Source: a virus
Lineage: Duplodnaviria; Heunggongvirae; Uroviricota; Caudoviricetes
IMG/VR virus record: IMGVR_UViG_3300022555_003200
DNA length: 64,000 bases
Strand: one strand, 5' to 3'
The translations under genes were made by a program, and so were the position numbers. The notes below the pieces were generated by a model. The model saw only the letters and a list, made by a program, of their open reading frames with translations. It did not search any database and was not told the origin of the DNA. This document shows, one piece after another, positions 53,264 to 62,804 of the stretch (positions are counted from its first letter, which is position 1; every line of letters begins with the position of its first letter).

Positions 53264-53924
53264 GATACCGTCTTTTATCCACATTATCGATGATGCGATG
53301 AAAGCGGCTGTCTTCCAGAGATTTGGAGACTTTTTCGGACTGACAGACAGAAGCAAGGATCTGGTATTTCAACCGAAGTCAATCTCTCAGCGTAAGATTG
53401 CTGAGAAGAGGGGGGAGGCTAGCGTAGAGTTCATTAGCCTTTGGAGAAATAAGATCTCTCCTGATTGGACCAGGCAGCGTACTTCAGTGGCCAGGGATGG
53501 TATCAACCTTAAGTACACGGATAGCGGTAAATCAACACTTGTTAACATAAAGGCTGTTCCTGTTCAGATGGACTACGAGCTTAGGTTCTGGAGCCGCGAC
53601 TTTAACTCTATAACGTATGCTGCTGAGTCTTACTTGAAGTGGTTTCAAGACTTCCCAAACCTTGTTGTTAACTACAACGGTTTGTACGAGATGGATATGT
53701 ATATGAAGTTCGGTTCATGGACGGACGAGACAGATTACAACATCTATGAGAAAGGACTGTATTATGTAGCTGAAATGCCAATAACTTTGGACGGCTGGGT
53801 TATGACCACAATTAACACACCGACGATCCTGAAGATCATTGTGGATTTGTACCTGAGGAATTATGTAGGTAATCAGACTCAGGATCTGTTCATTGATGAG
53901 TATGTAATTACTGCCACGCCATGA
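53256..53924 (+). CDS. gp15: gp15-like tail terminator/sheath stabiliser
   Basis: AVPVQMDYELRFWSR; immediately upstream of sheath. Confidence 0.7.
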   Translation: MTKIPSFIHIIDDAMKAAVFQRFGDFFGLTDRSKDLVFQPKSISQRKIAEKRGEASVEFISLWRNKISPDWTRQRTSVARDGINLKYTDSGKSTLVNIKAVPVQMDYELRFWSRDFNSITYAAESYLKWFQDFPNLVVNYNGLYEMDMYMKFGSWTDETDYNIYEKGLYYVAEMPITLDGWVMTTINTPTILKIIVDLYLRNYVGNQTQDLFIDEYVITATP

Positions 53925-53973
53925 GTGAACTACTAATGTGTGATATGGAAACAATAATAAAGGAGGAAACAGA

Positions 53974-55626
53974 ATGAGCGTATTTTATGTGTCACCTGGA
54001 GTTTATACGGTTGAAAAGAATTTGAGTCAGTTGGTTCCGACTATTGCGACGACTTCCGCGGGTATTGCTTTCTATTCGACGAAGGGAAACACGAACGCTG
54101 TTACGCTGATGTCGAGCTCCCAGCAGTTCATTGCCGAATACGGAGAACCGACTCTTGGAAATCCCGGGCACTACTCTGCTTTGGCATACTTGCAGAACGG
54201 AAACCAGCTCTACTGCTACAGGGTTCAGAGCGGGGCGCTTTACGGCGGAGTAAACATTAAGTCATCAACAAGCATTCAATCGAACGCAGCAATATCCACT
54301 GGAGCGTCAACGACAGACTTTGTTGTGACGTCAGGTCAGGACAACTTATTCCAGATCTATGGCGTTAATCCTGGATCCTGGAATAACAATCTCAGCATCG
54401 GCATTGCTAATGTTAATGTCGGTCCGAACTTAAGCTCTAATGCGTTTGACATCCTTGTGTTCAACCTGATCAACGGCAGCTACGTGCAAGTTGAGAAGTG
54501 GACAGTTTCAAGGAAGCAGCAGCTAGACGGGTATGGAAGACAGCAGTACCTAGAGACGGCTATTAACGGCTACAGCCAGTACATTATGGTTGCCGATAGC
54601 TCTCTTGCAGACAGCGTCCTTCCTAAGGCTCAGACGTACGGGTACAACACAGGTGTTTGGACGGGTCTTAACATGGCGAGAGGAAGCAACGGAACGGATC
54701 TTATTGCCAACTACTCTTCAGGCCCTTACCAGCTTGGTTGGGATAAGTTTGCTAACCCAGACGACATTGACATCCGTGTGTTGATTGGTGCTGGCCAGAC
54801 GGCTACAGCGATTCAGGCGTACATTACAAATATCTGCGAGACGCGTAAGGATTGTATCGCGATATTGGACATCCCGGACACGATGACAACGTCAGTTACC
54901 TCGATGGTCAACTGGAGGACGGGTACACAGAACATCAACTCGTCATACGCGGCTCTATACGCTCCGATGGTCAAGGACTATGACTCGTTTAACGATACGA
55001 TCGTATTTCTTCCAGGTTCGGGGTACGTGGCGTCACAGTTCGCCTACAACGACTATGTGTCGGACGTGTGGTATGCGCCGGCCGGTCTTAACAGAGGCGT
55101 GCTGAACGTTCTTAGCGTGTGTAACAAGAACGGTGACAGGATGGTGTTCTCTCAGGGAGACAGGGACGCGCTGTATGCGGCCCAGATCAACCCGCTTCAG
55201 GTGTTCAGCGGTTCTGGAAACGTTATTTGGGGCCAGAAGACACTGACATCGCTGCCGTCGGCTCTTGACAGGGTTAATGTGAGAAGGCTTCTCATTATTC
55301 TTGAAAAGACTATGTCTGTTTCGCTTAAGCAGTTCGTATTCGAGCCAAACAACGACACAACGCGTTTCAGAATTACCGCAATGCTTGAGACGTTCCTTGA
55401 CCTGCTCTCCGCAAAGGGAGCTTTCCAGACTGAGCTAGGAGATAAGGGATACGTGGTTGTCTGTAACTCGACTAACAACACTCCCGCTATTATCGATCGT
55501 AATGAGCTTGTCGTAGACGTGTTTGTGAAGCCTTCTCGTGCAGCTGAGTTCCTCCAGCTGAATGTGATCGTGACACCTACTGGGACTTCATTCAATGAGT
55601 TGATTGCGCAAGGTACTATCCTGTAA
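53974..55626 (+). CDS. gp18: tail sheath protein
   Basis: SPGVYTVE, WYAPAGLNRG, INP..GQKTL...DRVNVRRL, FEPN. Confidence 0.95.
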   Translation: MSVFYVSPGVYTVEKNLSQLVPTIATTSAGIAFYSTKGNTNAVTLMSSSQQFIAEYGEPTLGNPGHYSALAYLQNGNQLYCYRVQSGALYGGVNIKSSTSIQSNAAISTGASTTDFVVTSGQDNLFQIYGVNPGSWNNNLSIGIANVNVGPNLSSNAFDILVFNLINGSYVQVEKWTVSRKQQLDGYGRQQYLETAINGYSQYIMVADSSLADSVLPKAQTYGYNTGVWTGLNMARGSNGTDLIANYSSGPYQLGWDKFANPDDIDIRVLIGAGQTATAIQAYITNICETRKDCIAILDIPDTMTTSVTSMVNWRTGTQNINSSYAALYAPMVKDYDSFNDTIVFLPGSGYVASQFAYNDYVSDVWYAPAGLNRGVLNVLSVCNKNGDRMVFSQGDRDALYAAQINPLQVFSGSGNVIWGQKTLTSLPSALDRVNVRRLLIILEKTMSVSLKQFVFEPNNDTTRFRITAMLETFLDLLSAKGAFQTELGDKGYVVVCNSTNNTPAIIDRNELVVDVFVKPSRAAEFLQLNVIVTPTGTSFNELIAQGTIL

Positions 55627-55627
55627 A

Positions 55628-56449
55628 ATGAAAAAAATACACGGAAACACTGGACGAAGGCCTAGTAACTATGTGCCTCGAGAAACACGACTTTGTATGT
55701 GTGGTTGTAATGGTTATTTTGTTTGTAAAGTAAACTCCAAACAACGTTACATTCGTGACCACCATACAAAGTCGGTGGAGTTTCGAGAGGCGCAGAGTAA
55801 AAGGTACACGGGAAGGAAGCTACCGCAAGAGACTAAGGATAAGATTAGTCTTTGGAATGTAGGTAAGAAAATGCTTCCGGAACAGGTTGAGAAGAGTGTG
55901 AATAGTAGATTGAGAAACTCTAAGCTGCGTGGTCATTACTTTTCTCCTAAGACTATAGAGTGTATGAAAATAGCGGCGATGAGCCCCGCTGTTCAGAAAA
56001 ATAAGAGAGATGGGCTTAGGAAGTACTTATCTAATGATAGTAACTTGCGGAGAAAGTCTAGGACATCTCGTAATCTGTGGATGGATCCAGTGTATCGAAA
56101 GAAGTGTATAAATGGTGCTATTGAAAGCCCAAATAATGCTGAACGATACTTGGAAACTTTGTTAGGTGAGCTTTTTCCAGATGAGTATAAGTTTGTTGGT
56201 GATGATAGTTTCAGAATTGAATCGTATAACCCAGACTATGTGAACATAAACGGACAGAAGAAAATTATAGAGTTGTTCGGAGAACGTTGGCATAGGGGGG
56301 CTGAGAAAGAGAAGCAGGATGCACGAAAACTTAAAACATACAAAAAGTATGGCTATTCTGCCCTAGTTGTCTGGGGAAGTGAGCTAAAAAATAAAACCAC
56401 ATTGGTTGAAAAACTAAACATGTTTCATTACGGAGGTAAAAATGAGTAA
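55628..56449 (+). CDS. free-standing Vsr/DUF559-like endonuclease with NUMOD3 and Cys modules
   Basis: YNPDY...KIIELFGERWH...LVVWGSEL; LCMCGC module. Confidence 0.75.
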   Translation: MKKIHGNTGRRPSNYVPRETRLCMCGCNGYFVCKVNSKQRYIRDHHTKSVEFREAQSKRYTGRKLPQETKDKISLWNVGKKMLPEQVEKSVNSRLRNSKLRGHYFSPKTIECMKIAAMSPAVQKNKRDGLRKYLSNDSNLRRKSRTSRNLWMDPVYRKKCINGAIESPNNAERYLETLLGELFPDEYKFVGDDSFRIESYNPDYVNINGQKKIIELFGERWHRGAEKEKQDARKLKTYKKYGYSALVVWGSELKNKTTLVEKLNMFHYGGKNE

Positions 56450-56960
56450 TAACATTGGTATAGATTCATTAAAAGGAAATCTTACAAACCCGGCTAGAAC
56501 ATTTATGTGGGACGTGCTGATCCCTGTTCCGGTTGGATCTGGTTCCTCAACAACGTATCAAATCAGGGCGCAGTCTTCAAGCATTCCTGGTCGTTCTAAT
56601 GCGGCAATTGCGATCCCTTACAAGCAGACCGCCGGTGTCATGGTCGCTGGTAAGTTGGAATTCCCGCATACATGGCAGTGTACGTTCATCGAGGGTGAGG
56701 ATAAAAAGGTGTTTGATGCCATTCACTCTTGGCAACAGAATATCGTTAACGATGCGTTCGGAGTTGGTACTGGAGATCCGTTCTACAAGACGGACGTCTA
56801 CATCTCGCTTCTTACAACAACGGGCGATACGTTCATGAAGATCAAAATCAAAGGTGCATGGGTTCAACAGATTCAGGATCTTGCTCTTGCATATTCTGAT
56901 AATGAAACTGTTAAATACACTGTCACGTTTGAGTATGACAGTTGGGAAGACGCGTCGTAA
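56442..56960 (+). CDS. gp19: tail tube protein
   Basis: ARTFMWDV, SIPGRS...KQ..VAGKLEF..WQCTF, GAW...LAYSD..YTVTFEYD. Confidence 0.9.
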   Translation: MSNNIGIDSLKGNLTNPARTFMWDVLIPVPVGSGSSTTYQIRAQSSSIPGRSNAAIAIPYKQTAGVMVAGKLEFPHTWQCTFIEGEDKKVFDAIHSWQQNIVNDAFGVGTGDPFYKTDVYISLLTTTGDTFMKIKIKGAWVQQIQDLALAYSDNETVKYTVTFEYDSWEDAS

Positions 56961-57511
56961 TGGCTGATCTCGGTGTTATTGGGCAGTTCGTCACCAATCC
57001 TACTGATTTCCTTCTAAGGTATGCACGTCTCCAGAGGAACTACCTCTGGGACGTGCTGTTACCTGATGTCGGGATCAATATGCTTGGACTAGGCGGCTTG
57101 GCGATAGGGCAGCTTGTCCAATCCGTGCAGTTTGGTGACTACAGCATGGATGACATCAAGACTATGCGTGTAGGTCCATATACCGCTAATTTTGCCGGCA
57201 TGCTGAGTGTTCAGAAAATACAGATGTCATTTTTAAAGATACAGCCGGATATAGTGTCAATGTACTTTAACGCGTGGAAGAAGCTTATTGTTGATGAAAA
57301 CACAGGTTTGTTTTCCACAAAGTCAAAGTACCAGAAAACGATCTTCGTTAGGTTTATTGATCAGTCTGGAATAGCCTTTGGCAGGTATAAACTTATTGGA
57401 TGTTTTCCGACGTCATTTCCATCGTATCGTGACTTGAACTATGAGTCGAATACTGTGACTAAGCTGCAGATAGAGTTTTCAGTCGACAAGCTGGAGTACG
57501 AAATTCTATGA
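56960..57511 (+). CDS. second gp19/gp54-like tube-fold protein
   Basis: LQRNYLWDV, GCFPTSF..LNY...IEFSVD. Confidence 0.75.
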   Translation: MADLGVIGQFVTNPTDFLLRYARLQRNYLWDVLLPDVGINMLGLGGLAIGQLVQSVQFGDYSMDDIKTMRVGPYTANFAGMLSVQKIQMSFLKIQPDIVSMYFNAWKKLIVDENTGLFSTKSKYQKTIFVRFIDQSGIAFGRYKLIGCFPTSFPSYRDLNYESNTVTKLQIEFSVDKLEYEIL

Positions 57512-57777
57512 CGACATCGTTTGAGGGTTTTATTGACTATATTAAAAATAACCATGTTTCAGAGAACGTTAACGCGCACACTGAGGAGATTAAGAACTAC
57601 CGCGGAAAAATCATAGCCGTCATTGACTACAAGCCGAACGGAGACCAGGAGATCAAGAACTACCGCGGAATGATCCTCGGGGTATACAGCTCATCACAAA
57701 ACGTAACTAAGGACTACAGGGGGAAGATATTGAGCACAGGCAACACTCTTACAATGCTCCTAAAGGATACCAAATGA
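57508..57777 (+). CDS. small beta-repeat protein with CTS-like N-terminus
   Basis: Three [IT]K[ND]YRG[KM]I repeats; SFEGFI...VSE. Confidence 0.7.
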   Translation: MTTSFEGFIDYIKNNHVSENVNAHTEEIKNYRGKIIAVIDYKPNGDQEIKNYRGMILGVYSSSQNVTKDYRGKILSTGNTLTMLLKDTK

Positions 57778-58029
57778 GTAGTTTGTATGAGTTTATAACC
57801 GACAAAGGGGGTATACCTAGAAGCACACCATGCTCCGAAATTGTTTTCATGGTTATTGGCCGAGTTTTTGAAACAGCATTCAGACCTATCACCTATAGAC
57901 AACAAGGAAGAGCTAGTTACATTGGCCAGGAAGCACAGCCCATTTTGGGATGTTAACAATGGGAAGACCTTATGTACTAAATGTCATACAGCTTTTCATA
58001 GGAAACACGGTTACAAATTAATTGATTAA
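57774..58029 (+). pseudogene. frameshifted or truncated HNH endonuclease
   Basis: LEAHH...WDVNNGKTLCTKCH frame has an upstream TAA and no matching start; ATG 57774 is in another frame. Confidence 0.6.
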
Positions 58030-58075
58030 CTGAACAAAACTTTTCTCACAAAAAGAAAAAGAAAAGGAAAATTAA

Positions 58076-58837
58076 ATGAGTGACTACACTTTCTTCAATA
58101 TCACACTTCCATCAAAGTGCCTTGTCTATCAAGGCATAGACCCCACCCAGATCCAGATCAGAACTCTTAAGGGCGAAGACGAAAAGCTCATCGCTGAGAT
58201 CAGTTCTGACAACTTCGATAAGAAATACAATATGGTTTTAACCAGAGTCCTCAAAGGGATTGATCCGCTTAGACTCACCCTTGGAGATAGGTTCTACATC
58301 GTTCTCTGGGAGACCATCAACTCTTACTCGAAGGACTTCCCTATTGAGCACACTTGCTCAAGTTGCTCGCAGAAATCTAACTATAACGTTGATCTGTCAC
58401 AACTTGAGACTATGGAGCTTCCGGATGGGTACACAGAGCCGTGTGAACTTACACTACCGAAGTCTGGAACAAAGATCAAGCTTCGGTTGCTTACGGTTAA
58501 GGATCTTATTGAGATTGATAGTATCGACAAGCTTGGTCAGAACACGTGGCTCTACAGGCCGGCGATAAGTATTGTTGATAATAGGTCATTGGCAGACAAG
58601 CTAGACTATTTGAGTAAGATCGATACACAAGACCTGGAGTACATCCGGGCTTTTCAAGAAGCTTTCGAGCATGGTGTGAAGATGCAGACAAATTACACCT
58701 GTCCAAAGTGTGGAGGGAACGGCGTAATGCCGGTGCCCTTTCGATTTGAGATGCTTCTTTCGTATGGCGAGACCCTTAAGCGACGTGTTGGAGATGCAAT
58801 TCGCGCTTCAATACTATCTTCATATGTCAATAAGTGA
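58076..58837 (+). CDS. gp26: gp26-like baseplate hub/tail assembly chaperone
   Basis: TLKGEDEK, CSSC...VDL, LPKSG..LRLLTVKD, CPKC..VPF. Confidence 0.8.
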   Translation: MSDYTFFNITLPSKCLVYQGIDPTQIQIRTLKGEDEKLIAEISSDNFDKKYNMVLTRVLKGIDPLRLTLGDRFYIVLWETINSYSKDFPIEHTCSSCSQKSNYNVDLSQLETMELPDGYTEPCELTLPKSGTKIKLRLLTVKDLIEIDSIDKLGQNTWLYRPAISIVDNRSLADKLDYLSKIDTQDLEYIRAFQEAFEHGVKMQTNYTCPKCGGNGVMPVPFRFEMLLSYGETLKRRVGDAIRASILSSYVNK

Positions 58838-58931
58838 CTTTAATCATAACGATATGAAAGATAACGAGTGGCTATATGGGCGCCTCTGTGAGAAGAAGAA
58901 GCAAGAGATAGAATCCAATAAGAGGTCATAA
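58764..58931 (+). CDS. gp51-like small chaperone overlapping the gp26-like gene
   Basis: QFALQYYLHMSISDFNHNDMKDNEWLY pattern; sits before tape measure. Confidence 0.55.
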   Translation: MARPLSDVLEMQFALQYYLHMSISDFNHNDMKDNEWLYGRLCEKKKQEIESNKRS

Positions 58932-58932
58932 G

Positions 58933-60459
58933 ATGGATCCCAAAATGAATGCACCGATGGACGAAGCAGCATTATCAAAAAAAATCCTTGAGAAGATGTA
59001 TGAGCAGGTCCAAAAGAGCAAGGGCTTTTCTGGGGTTCAGAAGTATGCCAGGGACGTGCGTGACATAGCTCCAAGATCTGAATCCGGTGAAGCTATCGGA
59101 GCACTTCTTGACATTGCGAGGCAGCTGAAGAACAGATTTTCACCTGCTAAAGCCGCGAAGCTAGAGACTGTTCCTACCCCAGGAACAGCTCCAGCTTCAC
59201 AAACGTCTTCTACAAAGGCAAGTCCAACAATTGGCGAAGAAGCTACCAAAGATCGCACTGAAGAGGTTAGGGATAGGGCCCATAAGATTTGGGAACATCA
59301 GGGTAAGCCTGAAGGAAAAGCTGAAGAACACTGGAGCGCGGCTGAGAGGCATCAGGACGCCGTGGAGTCCATTCAAGAGGGTGTTCACAAGTTCTTCTCG
59401 ATGGATGCGTATAAAGCTAAATGGACTAAAGACCTTCTTGAGGCAGTTCAGGGCGGAGGTCCTAAAGAGGGGGATGCTGCTCCTAAGAAAGACGTAAAGG
59501 ATACGCTTGAGGAGTTGGCAAAGATGGGCGGTATTGCGTCAACACTGGCTGTTCTTATCGGTGACGCTGTTCCTATCTTTATGGCCGGAGCGGCCGGCGC
59601 TGCACTTGGCTCATGGATTAGCGGGTGGGTAAAGAACCACGGTGACTTTTTAAGTGGTAAAAACGGGATATTTACAAAAGCATTCGAGCTCGGTGACAAG
59701 CTAAAGTCCAGTATGACTATGGCTGGTCCTATGGGGCTACTTTCTGGTTTAGGAAAGATGCTCGGACATAAGGCGACAGAAAACAAGAATGAAAAGCTTG
59801 TTGACCGCACAACTGAACTTACGGAAAAAGGAATGAAGCCGGATGCTGCAGCACGCAGGGCGCAAGCTGAACTAAAGCAGACGACTTCCGATAAAGACGT
59901 TAACAAAACGCAGCTAAAAGATGTTGCGATGAGTGGTCCTATGGGTCTAGCCGCATCTTTAAAAGGTGCCCGTAGTGAGGTTAAAAAGACGTCGGTTCAG
60001 GAGAAGGCTAGGTTGGCCGGAACTGTAAATCATACTGACTTCAAAATGGATAAGTCTCAAAAAGCTGAGTATGACAAGGAAATGAAGGGTCGGTTTAAAG
60101 GAGTAGCTAACAATACCAGTGATGAGTTTGAACGCAAGAACGAAGTCAGCGATATGCGTAAGAGTGAAATGCAAACTATGATCTCCGCTGCCAAGTCAGG
60201 CAGTGTTGATGAGACGGGCACCAGTCAGCGGATACTTAAGGAAGTTCCTTTAAATAAAGAGGAAGCTGCTCTGCAAAAGGAGTTAAAGGAAGCCATAGAC
60301 AAGTTACATCAAGAGATGGCTGCGACGCATCAAACTATAAAAGATGGCGCTAAGAATGGATCCACAAAAACCCCAAGCGGGTATGACGCCAACAATACGC
60401 GAAACCCGTTTCTTTCCGGAATGGCTGCCGGTGTAGTTGGGTTGACTAGAAGAGGGTAA
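58933..60459 (+). CDS. putative tape measure/gp29-like protein with a DUF2934-like segment
   Basis: Helical A/K/G-rich with central hydrophobic stretch; follows chaperones; RAHKIWEHQGKPEGKAEEHW. Confidence 0.55.
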   Translation: MDPKMNAPMDEAALSKKILEKMYEQVQKSKGFSGVQKYARDVRDIAPRSESGEAIGALLDIARQLKNRFSPAKAAKLETVPTPGTAPASQTSSTKASPTIGEEATKDRTEEVRDRAHKIWEHQGKPEGKAEEHWSAAERHQDAVESIQEGVHKFFSMDAYKAKWTKDLLEAVQGGGPKEGDAAPKKDVKDTLEELAKMGGIASTLAVLIGDAVPIFMAGAAGAALGSWISGWVKNHGDFLSGKNGIFTKAFELGDKLKSSMTMAGPMGLLSGLGKMLGHKATENKNEKLVDRTTELTEKGMKPDAAARRAQAELKQTTSDKDVNKTQLKDVAMSGPMGLAASLKGARSEVKKTSVQEKARLAGTVNHTDFKMDKSQKAEYDKEMKGRFKGVANNTSDEFERKNEVSDMRKSEMQTMISAAKSGSVDETGTSQRILKEVPLNKEEAALQKELKEAIDKLHQEMAATHQTIKDGAKNGSTKTPSGYDANNTRNPFLSGMAAGVVGLTRRG

Positions 60460-60461
60460 TT

Positions 60462-61307
60462 ATGGGATTACTAAGCATAGACTTTGGTAAAGCATTAGGT
60501 CAGGTACTTCCAACAGTATGTGGTATTCCGGACAGTGTTCTTAGCGGCATAAGTGCTAGGTACATAGTAAAGATAACAGCAAATTATGGGCAGTCCCTCG
60601 CCACACAAGGTCTGGGACAACTGGATAAGAGTATGGCGCCACAACAACAGGAGTTTGTTGTAAATGGTTACCTTCAAGACAAGATCGCCATGACAGCGTC
60701 TTCGAAGTGGGAGGGCCTAACACAAGCTATACCAGGAATGCAGTTTATTGAGGGGGCGTTAGACACAGCTTCTCAAGCTCTTTCAGGCACGTCAACACGC
60801 ACACCGCTTACAACGAGAAGAAAATGGGCCGGGTCTGATCCGATAGGTATGAGTATGAAGTTGAAGTTTGAAGCATTTGAGGATGCCTATAGTGAAGTGA
60901 TTATGCCGTGTATTGGTTTGCAAGGTTTGACACTACCACGTGGCGGCGTTGGAAATACATTCTTTCTAACGCCTCCGGGACCGAACCCGTTCAATATCAA
61001 GCTAAAGAGTGGCGTTGAACTCGAGCGTAATGAGTCTATTACCATAGATATTGGGGGAGGGTTTTTAAAGTTTGATAGTGTCATCATTAAAAGTGTGAAG
61101 GTTGTATTTGAGAATAGAATGACTGAGCGGGGACCGGTTGGAGCCGAAGCTGATATTGATTTTGAGACTTACCAGATGCTTACACGTGAAGACTTGATGA
61201 AGATCGTTAACAACAACAGAATCCCCGAGATGACCGGGACTTTAGGAACACCAGCACAGTCTGCCACGCCCGTAAAGATGTCGGGTGGGGCAAGTGGAGG
61301 GTGGTAG
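60462..61307 (+). CDS. gp48-like baseplate tube cap/initiator
   Basis: RRKWAGSDP..MKLKF, ITIDIG..FDSVII.SV..F; context. Confidence 0.55.
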   Translation: MGLLSIDFGKALGQVLPTVCGIPDSVLSGISARYIVKITANYGQSLATQGLGQLDKSMAPQQQEFVVNGYLQDKIAMTASSKWEGLTQAIPGMQFIEGALDTASQALSGTSTRTPLTTRRKWAGSDPIGMSMKLKFEAFEDAYSEVIMPCIGLQGLTLPRGGVGNTFFLTPPGPNPFNIKLKSGVELERNESITIDIGGGFLKFDSVIIKSVKVVFENRMTERGPVGAEADIDFETYQMLTREDLMKIVNNNRIPEMTGTLGTPAQSATPVKMSGGASGGW

Positions 61308-61308
61308 T

Positions 61309-61614
61309 ATGGACCGCACAAGCTTCTTCAACATGGTTACAAATGACAACAACAAAGAGTATGACTTTTTATACAACAATTTATCTCGGTTCGCCATGCG
61401 CTACACAGTAAGTTACTACCAAGTCATATCCTCAGACGTAATGCGTCCGGATCTAATTAGCTACAAGCTGTATGGGACTGTTGACTATTGGTGGATCCTC
61501 CTTTACGTAAACAAGATTGACAACCCATTAACGGATATCGAAGTTGGTAAGGTTCTTACTGTTCCTAACGTTTTAGATATTTATCAGTTCTACAAACAGT
61601 ATGCACTAAGGTAG
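61309..61614 (+). CDS. gp53: gp53-like LysM baseplate wedge protein
   Basis: RPDLISYKLYG..YWWILLYVNKI.NP...GKVL.VP. Confidence 0.88.
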   Translation: MDRTSFFNMVTNDNNKEYDFLYNNLSRFAMRYTVSYYQVISSDVMRPDLISYKLYGTVDYWWILLYVNKIDNPLTDIEVGKVLTVPNVLDIYQFYKQYALR

Positions 61615-61618
61615 ACGA

Positions 61619-62803
61619 ATGCTCGGAAATTACTATGTACTCCTAAAATTTGGCGAGACGGTGATCCCGCTGAGCACTTCCATCATCCGGGAACTAACAA
61701 TCGCACAAGACTACAACAAGTTTCTTCCTGAGATCAGGTTGCGACTGGATGATGCTACCGGGGCGATGACACATACCGCTCCGTTTGATAGGGGTATGAG
61801 TAGTATTTACATTGAGTTTGCTCAGAGCCAGGATGCTGTGGACAAAAATGCCATGAGCTTTCAGGTGTACACGAGGGAGCCTAAAAGCAATCAGAGTACT
61901 CCGGCATCTGAGTATGATGCTACAGGTCTTTTAGATGTTACAAAGATGTTTAATCCAGATTATACCCGCGGGTTTTCTGGCAGCATCAAGGAGTCTTTGG
62001 AAGGCATAGCAAAGAAGGAGATTGGGGTAGCACAGACCAGTGTAAGCGGATCTCTTGACTACAAACTAAACCTTCTTCAGCCAAACTGGACGAACGCTCA
62101 GTTTTTTAACCATCTAAAAGATAACCTTATAGGTAAGGATGGCGAGTACGGATTCAAAAGTTTTGTAACAACGCATAACGGAAAGAACACGTTCGTGTTC
62201 AGAGCTATTTCCGAAATGATTGATGATCCTGTTACATATAAGTTTATGTTAAGCGACACTCAATATGAAGACCAGAACCCAGTTTTTCAGTACTTCATTT
62301 ATGACAACTATAAAATGTACGGCGCATTTGGAGCAAAGGCACAGGGGTACACCTACTATGACTACACAAAAGGGGTAGTCGTAAATGCGACTGAGACGGC
62401 TCAGACGTACACGTCACTGTCCGACTACTTTATGATCGATGAGAGTGACACAATGGATAGCAACACACTCAATGCAACAGGAAGATCTAATGACTTTACA
62501 GCTAACTTCTCTGGCCTGGTAAAGTCAAGCTACGGAAATAGGCTCGTTGGTTTAGCGAAGATGTGGATTACTACAATGGGCCTTCCTAACATTTCACCTG
62601 GGAATGTAGTACAGATATTTTTCCCACACGGATCTCCTGGATCGGAGCTGTATTCTTACCAATACTCCGGATATTGGCTGGTTGAGCGTGTTGTTCATAA
62701 CATGGGGGATGCGTTCTTAACTAAGCTTATGCTTACACGGCACGGCGTGGACACTGACAAAGACACTTCTCTTATGCAAGCAGCTATTTCAAAGGCGTCT
62801 TAA
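61619..62803 (+). CDS. gp27-like baseplate hub protein
   Basis: GLPNISPG...YSGYWLVERVVH...TKLML.R; position between gp53 and spike. Confidence 0.7.
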   Translation: MLGNYYVLLKFGETVIPLSTSIIRELTIAQDYNKFLPEIRLRLDDATGAMTHTAPFDRGMSSIYIEFAQSQDAVDKNAMSFQVYTREPKSNQSTPASEYDATGLLDVTKMFNPDYTRGFSGSIKESLEGIAKKEIGVAQTSVSGSLDYKLNLLQPNWTNAQFFNHLKDNLIGKDGEYGFKSFVTTHNGKNTFVFRAISEMIDDPVTYKFMLSDTQYEDQNPVFQYFIYDNYKMYGAFGAKAQGYTYYDYTKGVVVNATETAQTYTSLSDYFMIDESDTMDSNTLNATGRSNDFTANFSGLVKSSYGNRLVGLAKMWITTMGLPNISPGNVVQIFFPHGSPGSELYSYQYSGYWLVERVVHNMGDAFLTKLMLTRHGVDTDKDTSLMQAAISKAS

Positions 62804-62804
62804 T

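Noticed and set aside
12763-56449. Free-standing endonucleases (12763, 22066, 23726, 26352, 41248, 55628) as intron ORFs
   Set aside because: No P/Q/R/S elements seen around them, and flanking genes have their own starts and stops.
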